Position numbers and translations under genes: made by a program. DNA of 57,367 nucleotides from Luteolibacter sp. (GTDB taxonomy: Bacteria > Verrucomicrobiota > Verrucomicrobiia > Verrucomicrobiales > Akkermansiaceae): positions 1 through 57,367 of the forward strand of contig JBILMI010000001.1 in assembly GCA_044375585.1 (NCBI GenBank). Direction: 5' to 3'. This document shows, piece by piece, positions 9,701-20,010 of this stretch. How positions within the stretch are numbered: position 1 is the stretch's first letter; every line of letters starts with the position of its first letter. Below the pieces are notes generated by a model, which saw nothing but the letters and a program-made list of their open reading frames with translations, was not told where the DNA came from and did not search any database.

Positions 9701-12214
9701 ATGAAAAAATTCACCATATTCCCCCTACTGGCCGCGTCGCTATTTCTCGGAATTATCCAGGCACAAGTGATCGATCGTAGCGCTGATTTCAAAGTCGCTG
9801 CAGGTTTCAAACTAGAGCAGATTTACGAAGTTAAGCCAGATCAAGGAAGTTGGGTGGCCTTGACTGAAGATGGGAAGGGACGTCTGATCGCAGCTGACCA
9901 ATATGGCGGCCTATTTCGCATCACCGTTCCGCCGCTTTCTGGTGGCGAAACCACGGTTGAGGCTTTGGATATTCCGATAGGTGGAGCCCATGGATTGCTC
10001 TGGCACGAAGGTGTGCTCTACATCTCGATCAATGAGCGGGCGCAGAAAAACGCAGTGGAGACGGGTGTTTGGAAAGTGAGAGAGACCGAAGCTGGCTGGG
10101 AAAAGCCAGAGCTTGTCAAAGCAATCAAAGCGGGTGGTGAGCATGGCGTGCATTCGTTGGTGCTCTCTCCAGATAAGAAGTGGGTCTACTTAATCACTGG
10201 AAACTTTGCCCATGTTCCTGAAGTTACCGACTCATTTACTCCCAAGATTTGGAATGAGGATCAACTCGTATTACGCAATCCCGATGGTAATGGACATGCT
10301 GCAAACGTCTGGGCTCCGGGTGGATTTATCGCAAGATTCCAACTTGATGGATCGAATTGGCAGTTAGTTTCCATGGGACAACGTAATACTTATGATGCCG
10401 CGTTCCACGACAGCGGTGAGTTGTTCGCCTACGATGCGGATATGGAATGGGATTTCGGAATGCCTTGGTATCGCCCTACACGGATTTCTCACATTGTTCC
10501 TGGCGCCGAGCTTGGTTGGCGGAATGGTACCGGAAAATGGCCAGCTTATTATGAAGATAGTATGGGCCCGGTTCTCAATATCGGTCCGGGATCGCCGACA
10601 GGGATGCTCTCGGGTCGCGGTTTCAAAGCTCCTGCGAAATATCAACAAGCGCTGTATGCCTTCGATTGGACTTTTGCGACAATTTACGCCGTGCACCTCA
10701 CACCGGACGGTTCTTCTTTCAAAGCCGAGAAAGAGGAGTTCATCTCCGGTGCCGGATTACCTCTAACAGATGCGGTCATTGGAAAAGATGGCTCGATGTA
10801 TTTTGCAACGGGTGGTCGCAAAGGAAAATCTCATCTCTGGAGAGTGGTTTATACGGGTAAGGAAGCCACCGCGCCGAAACTCGCAAAATCCACACCTAAC
10901 CCAACTCGGGATAAACTTGCGGAAATGATCCGCGATCCCAAAAAGTTCGATGCGGATCTTGCGCTCAAGCAATTGAGTTCTAAAGAGCGCACCCTACGTT
11001 TCATGGCGCGCACCGCTTTGGAACGTTCACCGGATGCCGGATGGATCCCGAAAATTTCAACTCAGAAAGACGCATGGTCGCGCATTTTGGGATCGATGGC
11101 ACTTGCCAGATTGGATGGAAAAAAACATCGCAGTGTTGCTTTGGAAACCTTGTTGAAAGTCGATTGGAAAACACTTTCCCAACAACAGCAGATCAACTGG
11201 CTGAGATCCACTGGCTTGGTGTTTATTCGCGGTGGTGAGCCAACGGCCGAGGAAAAGACCGCCGTCATTTCAAAAATCGATGCATCTTACCCTGCAACAG
11301 ATCGCTCGGTGAATTTCGAACTCGCCCGCATGCTTTGCTACCTTCAGGCACCGAATGTCGTTTCGAGAACCTTGAAATTGATGGACGAGGCTCCCGCTGC
11401 TGATGCTGAGGATTGGAAGACTTTGGTGGATAGAAATTCGCGCTATGGCAACGACATCAATAAAGTGATCAAGAATCACCCGCCGTCCGCTCAGATTCAT
11501 TATATCTATTGCCTCAGAGCCGTGAAAGGGCCTTGGAAAGCAGACGAGAGAAGACGCGTTTACAATTGGTTCCGCGAAATCGAAAGTCGCAGCGGTGGCG
11601 TCAGCTACGCCGCATTCATCGCCCTGATCCGCAAACAGATCTATGAAAACGGCACGCCCGAAGAGCAAAAACTTTTTGCTGTAGAGGCCAAAGCACCTGC
11701 AGTGAAACCGAAAGCTTTACCTCCTGTCAAAGGTCCGGGCAGAGACTGGACAGTAAAAGAAATCGTCAAAGTCACTGGCGAAGGTCTAACCAATCGCAAT
11801 CTGGAAAATGGCAAAGCCATGTTTCAGGCATCACTTTGTGCAACCTGTCACAAATTCGGTAGCGAAGGTGGAGCTCAAGGGCCCGACCTGACAAATCTAT
11901 CAGGTCGGTTCAAAGTTGAAGATCTCGCAAATTCCATTGTTGAGCCCAGCCAAGTGATTTCCGATCAATACGAATTCACCGAGATATTGAAACAAGATGG
12001 CACCACCATCACCGGACGCGTGCTCAACGAGAAGGACGAGATTCTAATTCTTGGAATCAATCCGTTTGATTTTTCCAATCAAGTGGAAATCAGTCGTCAT
12101 GACATCAAGAGCATGGGGCCATCGAAAGTTTCACCCATGCCGCCTGCGATGATCAACCGTCTGAATGCGGATGAACTCAAAGATCTCTTCGCTTATTTGT
12201 TAGGGGTGAAGTAA
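9701..12214 (+). CDS. PVC-type heme-binding protein (putative membrane-bound dehydrogenase with C-terminal c-type cytochrome)
   Basis: Signal peptide; YDADMEWD.G.PWYRPTR and GPGSPTG motifs; CATCH heme site; GPDLT; SPMP. Confidence 0.85.
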   Translation: MKKFTIFPLLAASLFLGIIQAQVIDRSADFKVAAGFKLEQIYEVKPDQGSWVALTEDGKGRLIAADQYGGLFRITVPPLSGGETTVEALDIPIGGAHGLLWHEGVLYISINERAQKNAVETGVWKVRETEAGWEKPELVKAIKAGGEHGVHSLVLSPDKKWVYLITGNFAHVPEVTDSFTPKIWNEDQLVLRNPDGNGHAANVWAPGGFIARFQLDGSNWQLVSMGQRNTYDAAFHDSGELFAYDADMEWDFGMPWYRPTRISHIVPGAELGWRNGTGKWPAYYEDSMGPVLNIGPGSPTGMLSGRGFKAPAKYQQALYAFDWTFATIYAVHLTPDGSSFKAEKEEFISGAGLPLTDAVIGKDGSMYFATGGRKGKSHLWRVVYTGKEATAPKLAKSTPNPTRDKLAEMIRDPKKFDADLALKQLSSKERTLRFMARTALERSPDAGWIPKISTQKDAWSRILGSMALARLDGKKHRSVALETLLKVDWKTLSQQQQINWLRSTGLVFIRGGEPTAEEKTAVISKIDASYPATDRSVNFELARMLCYLQAPNVVSRTLKLMDEAPAADAEDWKTLVDRNSRYGNDINKVIKNHPPSAQIHYIYCLRAVKGPWKADERRRVYNWFREIESRSGGVSYAAFIALIRKQIYENGTPEEQKLFAVEAKAPAVKPKALPPVKGPGRDWTVKEIVKVTGEGLTNRNLENGKAMFQASLCATCHKFGSEGGAQGPDLTNLSGRFKVEDLANSIVEPSQVISDQYEFTEILKQDGTTITGRVLNEKDEILILGINPFDFSNQVEISRHDIKSMGPSKVSPMPPAMINRLNADELKDLFAYLLGVK

Positions 12215-12820
12215 TTAGCCCTTCAATAAATACCGCGAGGACCAAAGGTAGTTCCACCCAGAGATGACGGTGAGGGCGACGGCGATGCCGAGAGTGATCG
12301 GCATCAGCCAAGCGGTTTCACCCCATGGAGTGGTGAGGGTGTGGAGAAATGTCAGCGAAGACGGAATGTTCTGCATCGTTTCAAAGGTTAGCCAGATCAG
12401 GCCGGTAATGAGGTAGGTGAGTTGGAAAGTAGTCTTCCATTTGCCTAAATTATCAGCGGCGAGGACTTGTCCAGCTTCGATGGCGATTTGGCGGAGGCCG
12501 GTGACTAGGAATTCCCGACCGATAATGAGAGCAGTAATCCAGACCGGACAGACGCCTTTTGCGGTGAGAAATACAAAGGCCGCACACACGAGAATTTTAT
12601 CAGCGAGGGGATCGAGGAGTTTGCCGAGGGGAGTAACGAGGTTCATTTTACGAGCTAGCCAGCCATCGACGAAATCGCTGGCGGCCGCGATGATAAAGAG
12701 AATCAAGGCGGTGACGTGACCCCAAGTGCTCTCCCAAGCCACAAAAAAAATGAACGCAGCGGTCAGGATAAGGCGTGATAGGGTGATCGCATTTGGAAGG
12801 TTCACGCGACGAATGTGCAA
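12215..12820 (-). CDS. pgsA: CDP-diacylglycerol--glycerol-3-phosphate 3-phosphatidyltransferase
   Basis: NLPNAITLSR; DFVDGWLARK...GKLLDPLADK; REFLVTGLR; GKWKT. Confidence 0.92.
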   Translation of the reverse strand: MHIRRVNLPNAITLSRLILTAAFIFFVAWESTWGHVTALILFIIAAASDFVDGWLARKMNLVTPLGKLLDPLADKILVCAAFVFLTAKGVCPVWITALIIGREFLVTGLRQIAIEAGQVLAADNLGKWKTTFQLTYLITGLIWLTFETMQNIPSSLTFLHTLTTPWGETAWLMPITLGIAVALTVISGWNYLWSSRYLLKG

Positions 12821-12903
12821 AATTGATTAAGAAAAGGCAACAAGGTGTTGCACTGAATCGTCCTGTCTCTTATTTCCCCGCGCAGGGAACTCCCAAAATA
12901 ATT

Positions 12904-14322
12904 ATGAGTAACAGTGACTTTGGACTAATCGGACTGGCCGTCATGGGTCAGAATCTTGTGTTGAACGTAGAATCAAGAGGCTTTCAAGTCTCGGTTTATA
13001 ATCGCACGACTAGCGCGATGGAGGAGTTCGTCTCCAAGCATCCCGATAAGAAAATCGTCGGTGAAAAAACTCTCGAAGGCTTTGTGCAGTCATTGTCTTC
13101 ACCACGCAAAATTATGATCATGGTCAAAGCCGGTGGTCCAGTGGATGCGGTGATCGAATCACTCCTCCCGCTTCTCGATAAAGGTGACATCATCATCGAC
13201 GGCGGAAACTCGCTCTACACCGATACCGAACGCCGCGACAAATGGCTTGGCGATCTTGGTTTCCGCTTCATCGGTGCCGGTGTTTCCGGTGGGGAAGAAG
13301 GCGCTCGTAAAGGCCCATCCATCATGCCAGGCGGCCCGACATCCACTTGGGATGTCATGAAACCGATCTTCGAAAGCATCTCCGCTAAAGTTGACGGTGA
13401 GCCTTGCGTCACGCACATCGGCACAGGCGGTGCAGGTCATTATGTGAAAATGATTCACAACGGGATCGAATACGGCGACATGCAGTTGATCTGCGAAGCA
13501 TACAACATTTTCAAAGCAGCCGGCTTCACTCCTGCGGAACTTGGGAAAGTCTTCACCGACTGGAACAATGGCGATCTCGAAAGCTACTTAATCCAGATCA
13601 CTTCGAAAATTTTCGAACAAACCGATCCTGAGACCGGTGCTGCATTGGTGGATAAGATTCTCGATACTGCCGGACAAAAAGGCACGGGCAAATGGACTTT
13701 GATCAACGCTGTTGAAAACGCCGTCGTGATCTCAACGATCAACGCTGCTGTCGAAGCTCGTATCCTTTCATCAATGAAAGACAAGCGCGTCGCTGCAAGT
13801 GCGTTCCTCAAAGGTCCAGAAGTGAAAATTTCCACCGATAAAGCAGAGCTCGTCAAAAAAGTTCACGATGCCTTATTTGCATCGAAAATTATTTCTTACG
13901 CGCAAGGCCTCGATCTCATCGCTGCGATGGGTGAAGAAAAAGGCTGGGGACTTGACCTCGGCAAGATTGCTGCGATCTGGCGTGGAGGTTGCATCATCCG
14001 TGCTCGTTTCCTCAACGACATCACCGATGCATACCGCAAAGATCCAAAGCTCACCAACCTGATGCTTGCTCCGTTCTTCACGAAACTCCTCAACGAGTTC
14101 CAACAAAACTGGCGCGAAGTGGTTTCACTCGCAACGCTTGCAGGTATTCCGGTTCCTGCGTTCAGCGCATCGCTGGGCTACTACGACAGTTACCGCAGCG
14201 CTGTGCTTCCCGCAAACCTGTTACAAGCACAACGTGACTTCTTCGGTGCACACACTTATGAGCGCACCGATAAGCCACGCGGCGAAATGTTCCATACGGA
14301 TTGGCCAGAGGTGATTGGCTAA
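12904..14322 (+). CDS. gnd: 6-phosphogluconate dehydrogenase (NADP, decarboxylating)
   Basis: GLIGLAVMGQN, GVSGGEEGA, KMIHNGIEY, QAQRDFFGAHTY; start at ATG 12904. Confidence 0.97.
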   Translation: MSNSDFGLIGLAVMGQNLVLNVESRGFQVSVYNRTTSAMEEFVSKHPDKKIVGEKTLEGFVQSLSSPRKIMIMVKAGGPVDAVIESLLPLLDKGDIIIDGGNSLYTDTERRDKWLGDLGFRFIGAGVSGGEEGARKGPSIMPGGPTSTWDVMKPIFESISAKVDGEPCVTHIGTGGAGHYVKMIHNGIEYGDMQLICEAYNIFKAAGFTPAELGKVFTDWNNGDLESYLIQITSKIFEQTDPETGAALVDKILDTAGQKGTGKWTLINAVENAVVISTINAAVEARILSSMKDKRVAASAFLKGPEVKISTDKAELVKKVHDALFASKIISYAQGLDLIAAMGEEKGWGLDLGKIAAIWRGGCIIRARFLNDITDAYRKDPKLTNLMLAPFFTKLLNEFQQNWREVVSLATLAGIPVPAFSASLGYYDSYRSAVLPANLLQAQRDFFGAHTYERTDKPRGEMFHTDWPEVIG

Positions 14323-14339
14323 ACGATTAAAATTGATCC

Positions 14340-14372
14340 AAGCGGCTAGGAGTCATCCTAGCCGCTTTTTTT
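14340..14372 (+). terminator. Intrinsic terminator after gnd
   Basis: AAGCGGCTAGGA-GTCA-TCCTAGCCGCTTTTTTT. Confidence 0.88.
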
Positions 14373-14449
14373 GTAGATAACAGAAAGGAACCGCGATTTT
14401 CAATCGGGTTTGGTAGCCCTGATCATGTCGGGGGAAGGCGCGCCACCTT

Positions 14450-15298
14450 TCATATCTCCCGCACTTCGTAAGTTTCTTCGGCTTGCTCTTCGATGATTCC
14501 AAGTTCGACTAGGAAATGGTCGGCCGCATTGATAGTAACCTCGAAATTGGAGTGGCTGACGTTGAAGTTGAAGAAGCTGTGTTCTGCGGCGTTGAAGTCG
14601 ACCAATTGGCAGCGATTACCACGCCATCTCATACGGCGGCAGAAGGTGGCGATTTCAGAAAACGGCGTGACCCGATCCGATGTGCCGTGGAAGAATATCA
14701 TCGGTGGAAGCTTCCTGCGAACAAGTCGGCTCGGACTGAGTTTTGTGCAGGATTTGATTGAGGGAAAACGCTCGGAAAGTTGGCCTTTTGGGGTTGTGTT
14801 GACCAAAGCGCTATACAAAATAAGTGCTTTTGGGCGAAAGGGTGGAGATAAATCCTGATCCTTACGCATCCCCAGTAGTAGCGAGAGATAAGCACCCCCA
14901 GCGGCTCCACTGAAAACCATTTTATTGAGATCAATTCCCAGCTCTTCTACATTCGCATTGAGCCAGTTTAGTGCGAAGATCGAGTCGTCAATCGCATCAA
15001 CGGGAGTGGATTGGTGTTTGGAGCTGATGCGATACTCGAAACATATCGCTACCATGCCGCGCGAGGCAAAGTGATGCGAATGAGGAACGAATTGCGGGAC
15101 CATCGAGACATCCCAGAAACCGCCATGAAAGAAGACGATCGCTGGTCGAGAAGTCTTGACTGGACCTTCAGGAAAAAAAACGTGAGCTATGAGATCGACA
15201 CCATTGTGGTTTACGTAAACGTAGGTGGTCGCGGATTTCAGGAGCTCTTTATCGCGTGATTCACCGATTGGAGCGATCTTCTGTAAAATTTGACTCAT
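14450..15298 (-). CDS. Alpha/beta hydrolase (HSL/BD-FAE-like), Ala at the nucleophile position
   Basis: FFHGGFW, EYR, HGTSDRVTP, AEHSFFN; elbow reads GAAGG rather than GxSxG. Confidence 0.8.
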   Translation of the reverse strand: MSQILQKIAPIGESRDKELLKSATTYVYVNHNGVDLIAHVFFPEGPVKTSRPAIVFFHGGFWDVSMVPQFVPHSHHFASRGMVAICFEYRISSKHQSTPVDAIDDSIFALNWLNANVEELGIDLNKMVFSGAAGGAYLSLLLGMRKDQDLSPPFRPKALILYSALVNTTPKGQLSERFPSIKSCTKLSPSRLVRRKLPPMIFFHGTSDRVTPFSEIATFCRRMRWRGNRCQLVDFNAAEHSFFNFNVSHSNFEVTINAADHFLVELGIIEEQAEETYEVREI

Positions 15299-15383
15299 GA
15301 TTTAAAAGGCGTTTCCAAGAGAGATGAAAAACGCATGGATTTGTTTGTTGTGATTTCGGTGGGTTTGTCCAATCGTTTTGTTT

Positions 15384-16262
15384 ATGAAAGGTTTAATTCT
15401 CAGTTTTATTTTGATTTTTCCCTCTATTTCGGTGGCTAATGAGGCACTGCAAGCCAAACTTGAGCAGACCTACAGCATTTGGCGAGATTCACTCATCAAG
15501 AAAGATATTCGCAGTTGGCAGCAAATAACCGCTGAACATCGTCAGGTGGAGGTGAAGAACCGGATCATTTCTGAAAAGCTTCCATTTCCGGCTTCGGTTT
15601 TCAATCTGCCTGCGCCCCCGCCAATGCTAAGCGGATTGAAATTTCTAACAGCGGAGCAGAAAGGTAGCACCGCAAAGGCTTCGTATTTTGGTAAAATCAA
15701 TTTCGGTGTAGGTGGTGAACCAACTGATAACCTTCTCGTGCTATCATTTATCCAAAGTGGAAATAGCTTTCTATACGATAAAGCCGATTTCGTAAATTTA
15801 ACCGCGCTACCGGATGTTCGTGAAGAATTGGCGGCAGGTGATTTAACCTATTTGAAAGGGGTTCCTGAGGCACAACCGTCAGGTGTTGTGCCTGCAAATC
15901 CTGTAGCCGTGCAGCCCGCGACGACCATTGCAAAGGTATATGTCTTCTGCCCTGGAAGAGAAGTCGAGGTTTTGATTAACAAGGTAAGTCGGCATAAATT
16001 TATCAATGGTAAAGAAGCAGAGACAGTCATGGGTGGTGCGCGTAGCGGCCTAAACGAAGTTCAGTATGCTATTCGTAAACTGGACGAGGGGACTGGTCTA
16101 GAGGCGCTGACCATTCGTGTTTATCTTCTCTCTGAAATGGAGGGAGTTAAGCCGATCAAGGCATTTGAGTATCAGGTGGCGGAGAAAGAAGCAGCAGCAC
16201 CTCACGGTTCAGGTCATTTCGATCTGGATCGGGCATTACTCAAACAGCTCAAAGGGAAATAA
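15384..16262 (+). CDS. Hypothetical exported protein
   Basis: 292-aa ORF with signal peptide (MKGLILSFILIFPSISVA); no family recognised. Confidence 0.75.
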   Translation: MKGLILSFILIFPSISVANEALQAKLEQTYSIWRDSLIKKDIRSWQQITAEHRQVEVKNRIISEKLPFPASVFNLPAPPPMLSGLKFLTAEQKGSTAKASYFGKINFGVGGEPTDNLLVLSFIQSGNSFLYDKADFVNLTALPDVREELAAGDLTYLKGVPEAQPSGVVPANPVAVQPATTIAKVYVFCPGREVEVLINKVSRHKFINGKEAETVMGGARSGLNEVQYAIRKLDEGTGLEALTIRVYLLSEMEGVKPIKAFEYQVAEKEAAAPHGSGHFDLDRALLKQLKGK

Positions 16263-16271
16263 TTCGACTCT

Positions 16272-16460
16272 ATGGACTTTTTAAAATGGCAGAATATGGA
16301 TCCACATCTTCTAGTGGGATTGGTCAATACTGAGCTACGAAACCAATCAGAATCTCTAGATGATTTGGTGAAGACTCATGATATTTCTGAGGAGGAATTG
16401 ATCAAAAAACTCCGGGCTGTGGGGTATGATTACCGAGCTGAGTTGCAGCAGTTTCGGTGA
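16272..16460 (+). CDS. DUF4250 domain protein
   Basis: MDPHLLVGLVNTELRN...SLDDL...KL..VGYDY.....QFR pattern. Confidence 0.8.
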   Translation: MDFLKWQNMDPHLLVGLVNTELRNQSESLDDLVKTHDISEEELIKKLRAVGYDYRAELQQFR

Positions 16461-16464
16461 GAAG

Positions 16465-16492
16465 GAATGGTGAAGAGTGAATGGTGAAGAGT
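16465..16492. repeat. Tandem 14-bp (heptamer-based) repeat
   Basis: GAATGGTGAAGAGT x2, exact. Confidence 0.7.
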
Positions 16493-16815
16493 TAAAGCAG
16501 AGCGATTGGTGACGAGTATATCATCTCGCATCTCGGCTAAATTTAGCACAATGGGAGAGCCGCGGACATGGACGAATATCAATCTAATTATTAAGTCAAA
16601 GGAACAGAGGTAGATGGAGGACACTGAGGAGGTAGGCAACCCATGTATTTCATCATTTTTTCATAGAATCAGCTCCCTTCCTCCTTTCCCTCCTCGCTCA
16701 TTTTTGAAAAAAAGCATGAACCTATATAAACCCGCCATGATCTCAGCCCATTTTCATGTTTCGATTTTGGGTGCTTGCGCCCGTGCGGGGGATACTTTAG
16801 AAATCCGTAGTAATT

Positions 16816-18663
16816 ATGGCAGCAGGATATACCGAAGACGACATCAAGAGTTTGGATTGGCGGGAGCACATTCGGCTTCGCCCAGGAATGTATATCGGAA
16901 AACTGGGTGACGGATCCGCACCTGAGGATGGAATTTACATTTTGCTCAAAGAAGCCGTGGATAACTCGATCGATGAGCATATCATGGGTCACGGCAAAGA
17001 AGTGCGGATTGAAATCGACGACGAAGGCCGCGTGGAAGTGCGAGATTTCGGTCGTGGAATTCCGCTCGGAAAACTCTTTGACTGCGCCGCCCAGATCAAC
17101 ACTGGAGCGAAGTATGACAGCGAGGCGTTCAAAAAATCAGTCGGCTTGAACGGAGTAGGAATTAAAGCGGTGAATGCGTTAGCATCCTTCTTTGAAATCC
17201 AATCATGGCGTGAGGGTGAAACCAAAGCCCTAGAGTTTTCTAAAGGCCAACTGACCGTGGACATGAAAAAGCCACGCAAAGACGATGGCTTAAACGGAAC
17301 ACGCTTGGCGTTTGAAATCGACCGTTCGATTTTTCCAGCCAAAACCCGCTTTCGCGATCCATTCGTGGAAAAAATGTGCCGATACTATTCCTATCTCAAT
17401 CCAGCGCTCACCGTAATTTTTAATGATAAGAAATTTCGTTCCAAAGATGGACTGTTAGATCTGTTACGGGAGGAAATGGAAACTGAGGCACTCTATCCGC
17501 CTATCCATCTTATCGGCAAAGATATTGAAATCGCCTTCACGCATTGCGCGGAAAGCAGCGAGGATTATTACACTTTCGTAAACGGGCAAAACACATCTCA
17601 GGGAGGTACGCATTTAGCTGCATTCCGCGAGGCTTTGGTGCAGGTGATCCGTGGGTTCTACAAAAAACAATACGATCCATCGGACATTCGCGCGGGAATC
17701 GAAGCCGCGATCTGCGTGCGTATTATCGAGCCAGTATTCGAATCGCAAACAAAGACCAAGTTAGGTTCCTCGACGATCGCTCCTGAAGGTGAGTCGCTTA
17801 GAACCTTTATCTTAAATTTCCTCAAATCGTCCTTGGATAACTATCTGCATAAGCATCCGCAAGTTGCCGAAGCGATCCATAAGCGCATACTCGCAGCAGA
17901 GCGCGAGCGTAAGGATTTAAAAGGGATTCAGAAGATTGCCCGTGAGCGCGCGCGTCAGGCAAAAGTGCATAACAAGAAACTGCGAGACTGCCGGGTTCGT
18001 TTTGATTCCAAGCACAAGCGACGCGATGAAAGCACCTTGTTCATCACCGAAGGCGACTCCGCATCAGGTTCCATTACGAAGAGCCGTGATGTCGAAACTC
18101 AAGCCGTCTTTTCACTTCGTGGTAAACCACTGAATACCTACGGCTTGCCGCGTAAGATTGTTTACGAAAATGAAGAGTTCGCCTTGTTGCAGGCGGCACT
18201 GAATATTGAAGATGGAATCGAAGCACTACGTTACAATAAAGTCGTTATCGCAACCGATGCTGATGTTGACGGCATGCACATTCGCTTGTTGTTGCTGACT
18301 TTCTTTTTGCAGTTTTTCCCAGAGATGATTCGTGATGGTCACCTTTTCATTTTGCAAACGCCGCTGTTTCGGGTGCGGAGTAAAAAGGAAACAATCTATT
18401 GTTACGATGAAGATTCACGCGTGAAAGCGATCGCGAAGTTGGGCAAGACAGCAGAGATCACCCGCTTCAAAGGTCTGGGCGAAATTTCACCCGATGAGTT
18501 CAAATTCATGATCGGTCCAGAGATGAGGTTGGATCCCGTGGAATATGAAGAAGGTAAAGGCGTGAAGGAACTTTTAGCGTTCTACATGGGTAAAAACACC
18601 CCGAGTCGTCAGGATTACATCATCGAAAACTTACGTGAAGACGTGGATAGGCAAGTGGCTTGA
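16816..18663 (+). CDS. parE: DNA topoisomerase IV subunit B
   Basis: [48 protein letters not shown]; short ParE-type length. Confidence 0.88.
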   Translation: MAAGYTEDDIKSLDWREHIRLRPGMYIGKLGDGSAPEDGIYILLKEAVDNSIDEHIMGHGKEVRIEIDDEGRVEVRDFGRGIPLGKLFDCAAQINTGAKYDSEAFKKSVGLNGVGIKAVNALASFFEIQSWREGETKALEFSKGQLTVDMKKPRKDDGLNGTRLAFEIDRSIFPAKTRFRDPFVEKMCRYYSYLNPALTVIFNDKKFRSKDGLLDLLREEMETEALYPPIHLIGKDIEIAFTHCAESSEDYYTFVNGQNTSQGGTHLAAFREALVQVIRGFYKKQYDPSDIRAGIEAAICVRIIEPVFESQTKTKLGSSTIAPEGESLRTFILNFLKSSLDNYLHKHPQVAEAIHKRILAAERERKDLKGIQKIARERARQAKVHNKKLRDCRVRFDSKHKRRDESTLFITEGDSASGSITKSRDVETQAVFSLRGKPLNTYGLPRKIVYENEEFALLQAALNIEDGIEALRYNKVVIATDADVDGMHIRLLLLTFFLQFFPEMIRDGHLFILQTPLFRVRSKKETIYCYDEDSRVKAIAKLGKTAEITRFKGLGEISPDEFKFMIGPEMRLDPVEYEEGKGVKELLAFYMGKNTPSRQDYIIENLREDVDRQVA

Positions 18664-18719
18664 TTGAGAAATTCTCAACACTCGTCTTCGCTACGGCTTG
18701 ATCTTGAAACGCTCAGTTT

Positions 18720-18890
18720 TTCACGGAAACAGGTTACGTTGCTCTTTCGGTAAATGCCCACGAGTATGATGCTTTCTTCTCAGAGATCGACCTTAAGACG
18801 GAGTATCATTGGAATGAGAAGCTTAGCTTCAACGGTAACCTTAGCGACTCCTACAACAGCAAAGGTAATTATAAGAATATTGGTGCAAGC
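18720..18890 (+). pseudogene. Probable remnant of an autotransporter beta-domain
   Basis: Start-less frame FTETGYVALSVNAHEYDAFFSEIDLKTEYHWNEKLSFNGNLSDSYN...IGAS, resembling the FTETG region of autotransporter barrels; interrupted by the MITE-like element. Confidence 0.4.
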
Positions 18891-18891
18891 T

Positions 18892-19103
18892 TAGACATTT
18901 TGCCAAAAGTAATTGCCGAAAAGGCCGAGCCTGTGGATGCCGAGTCCAAGGCGCGATGAGGGCGCGGATAAGCATCCGCAACCGAAGAGCAACGCCGGAA
19001 TCGGAGTCCTCAGGCCGGTATTGTGAAATCCTTTCCGCAGAGCGGCACAAATCCAAAACCTGATTCTTTCCCGTTTCGGTAAGGACTTTTGGCAAACGGT
19101 CTA
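18892..19103. mobile_element. MITE-like non-autonomous element (~212 bp)
   Basis: 30-bp imperfect terminal inverted repeats TAGACATTTTGCCAAAAGTAATTGCCGAAA vs TAGACCGTTTGCCAAAAGTCCTTACCGAAA (reverse complement of right end); nested internal palindromes; no transposase. Confidence 0.75.
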
Positions 19104-19141
19104 GACATTTGGTAATCAGCCTATGACTTATAGCACCTGTT

Positions 19142-19969
19142 TTATGAGAAGCTAGTCGCCTGATTCAGGGCATGAATCACCTCGCCACTCTGATTGACAA
19201 AACGGTAAGATGTTTTCAAGCAGTCATTGAGATATTCCTTCGCTGCTGAAACGGCACTCGGTAAATTCTGGCCGTTCGCAAGACCAGCAGCAACAGCAGC
19301 GGCGAGCGTGCAGCCTGTGCCGTGGGAAGCTTGGACGTCGATGCGTGGAGAAGTGAACCGATGTTCTATCTTACCATCGAAGAGAAGATCGGTGCATTCT
19401 GTAGATTCCAAGTGTCCGCCTTTGAGTAGGACAGCGCAGCCGTATTTTTCTGAAAGAGAATTGGCAGCGCGGCTCATCTCATCGACAGAAGAAATTGATT
19501 TACCGAGCAGCGTTTCGGCTTCCGGAATATTGGGTGTGATGAGGTAAGCGAGGGAAAGAAGTTTCTCGCAGTATGCGGAAATCGCAGCGGGTTCGATCAA
19601 GCTAGTTCCGGTAGAAGCGATCATCACCGGATCGATAACGAGTTTGATATAAGGATGATCTTTGAAAATTGCGGCTACAGTTTCGACGTGTTTAGCGGAT
19701 ACGAGCATTCCAGTTTTGACGACCGCGAGAGGGAACGAATCGAGCATGAGTCGGATCTGATCTTCCAGCATAGAAGGATCCAAAGGATCGACCCGACGCA
19801 CGATGTTCGCGGTTTCGGAGACGATACAGGTCACAGCTGTTAGGCCGTGAAGGCCGAAGTATTGGAAGGTTTTGAGATCTGCCTGCATGCCGGCACCGGC
19901 TGAACAATCCGAACCGGCGATCGTCAGGATCGGGCGAACGGTTTGAACGGATGGATTAATAGATTTCAT
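19142..19969 (-). CDS. thiD: Hydroxymethylpyrimidine/phosphomethylpyrimidine kinase
   Basis: LTIAGSD.SAGAG.QADLKT, KTGML, DPVM, TPNIPEA, KGGH, HGTGCT. Confidence 0.93.
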   Translation of the reverse strand: MKSINPSVQTVRPILTIAGSDCSAGAGMQADLKTFQYFGLHGLTAVTCIVSETANIVRRVDPLDPSMLEDQIRLMLDSFPLAVVKTGMLVSAKHVETVAAIFKDHPYIKLVIDPVMIASTGTSLIEPAAISAYCEKLLSLAYLITPNIPEAETLLGKSISSVDEMSRAANSLSEKYGCAVLLKGGHLESTECTDLLFDGKIEHRFTSPRIDVQASHGTGCTLAAAVAAGLANGQNLPSAVSAAKEYLNDCLKTSYRFVNQSGEVIHALNQATSFS

Positions 19970-20010
19970 TGCTTCTTGATTCTTTGGCGCTGACTTCCAA
20001 TGGTTTCCAC

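Noticed and set aside
18841-19095. 84-aa minus-strand ORF
   Set aside because: Almost entirely inside the MITE-like element; no transposase motifs.
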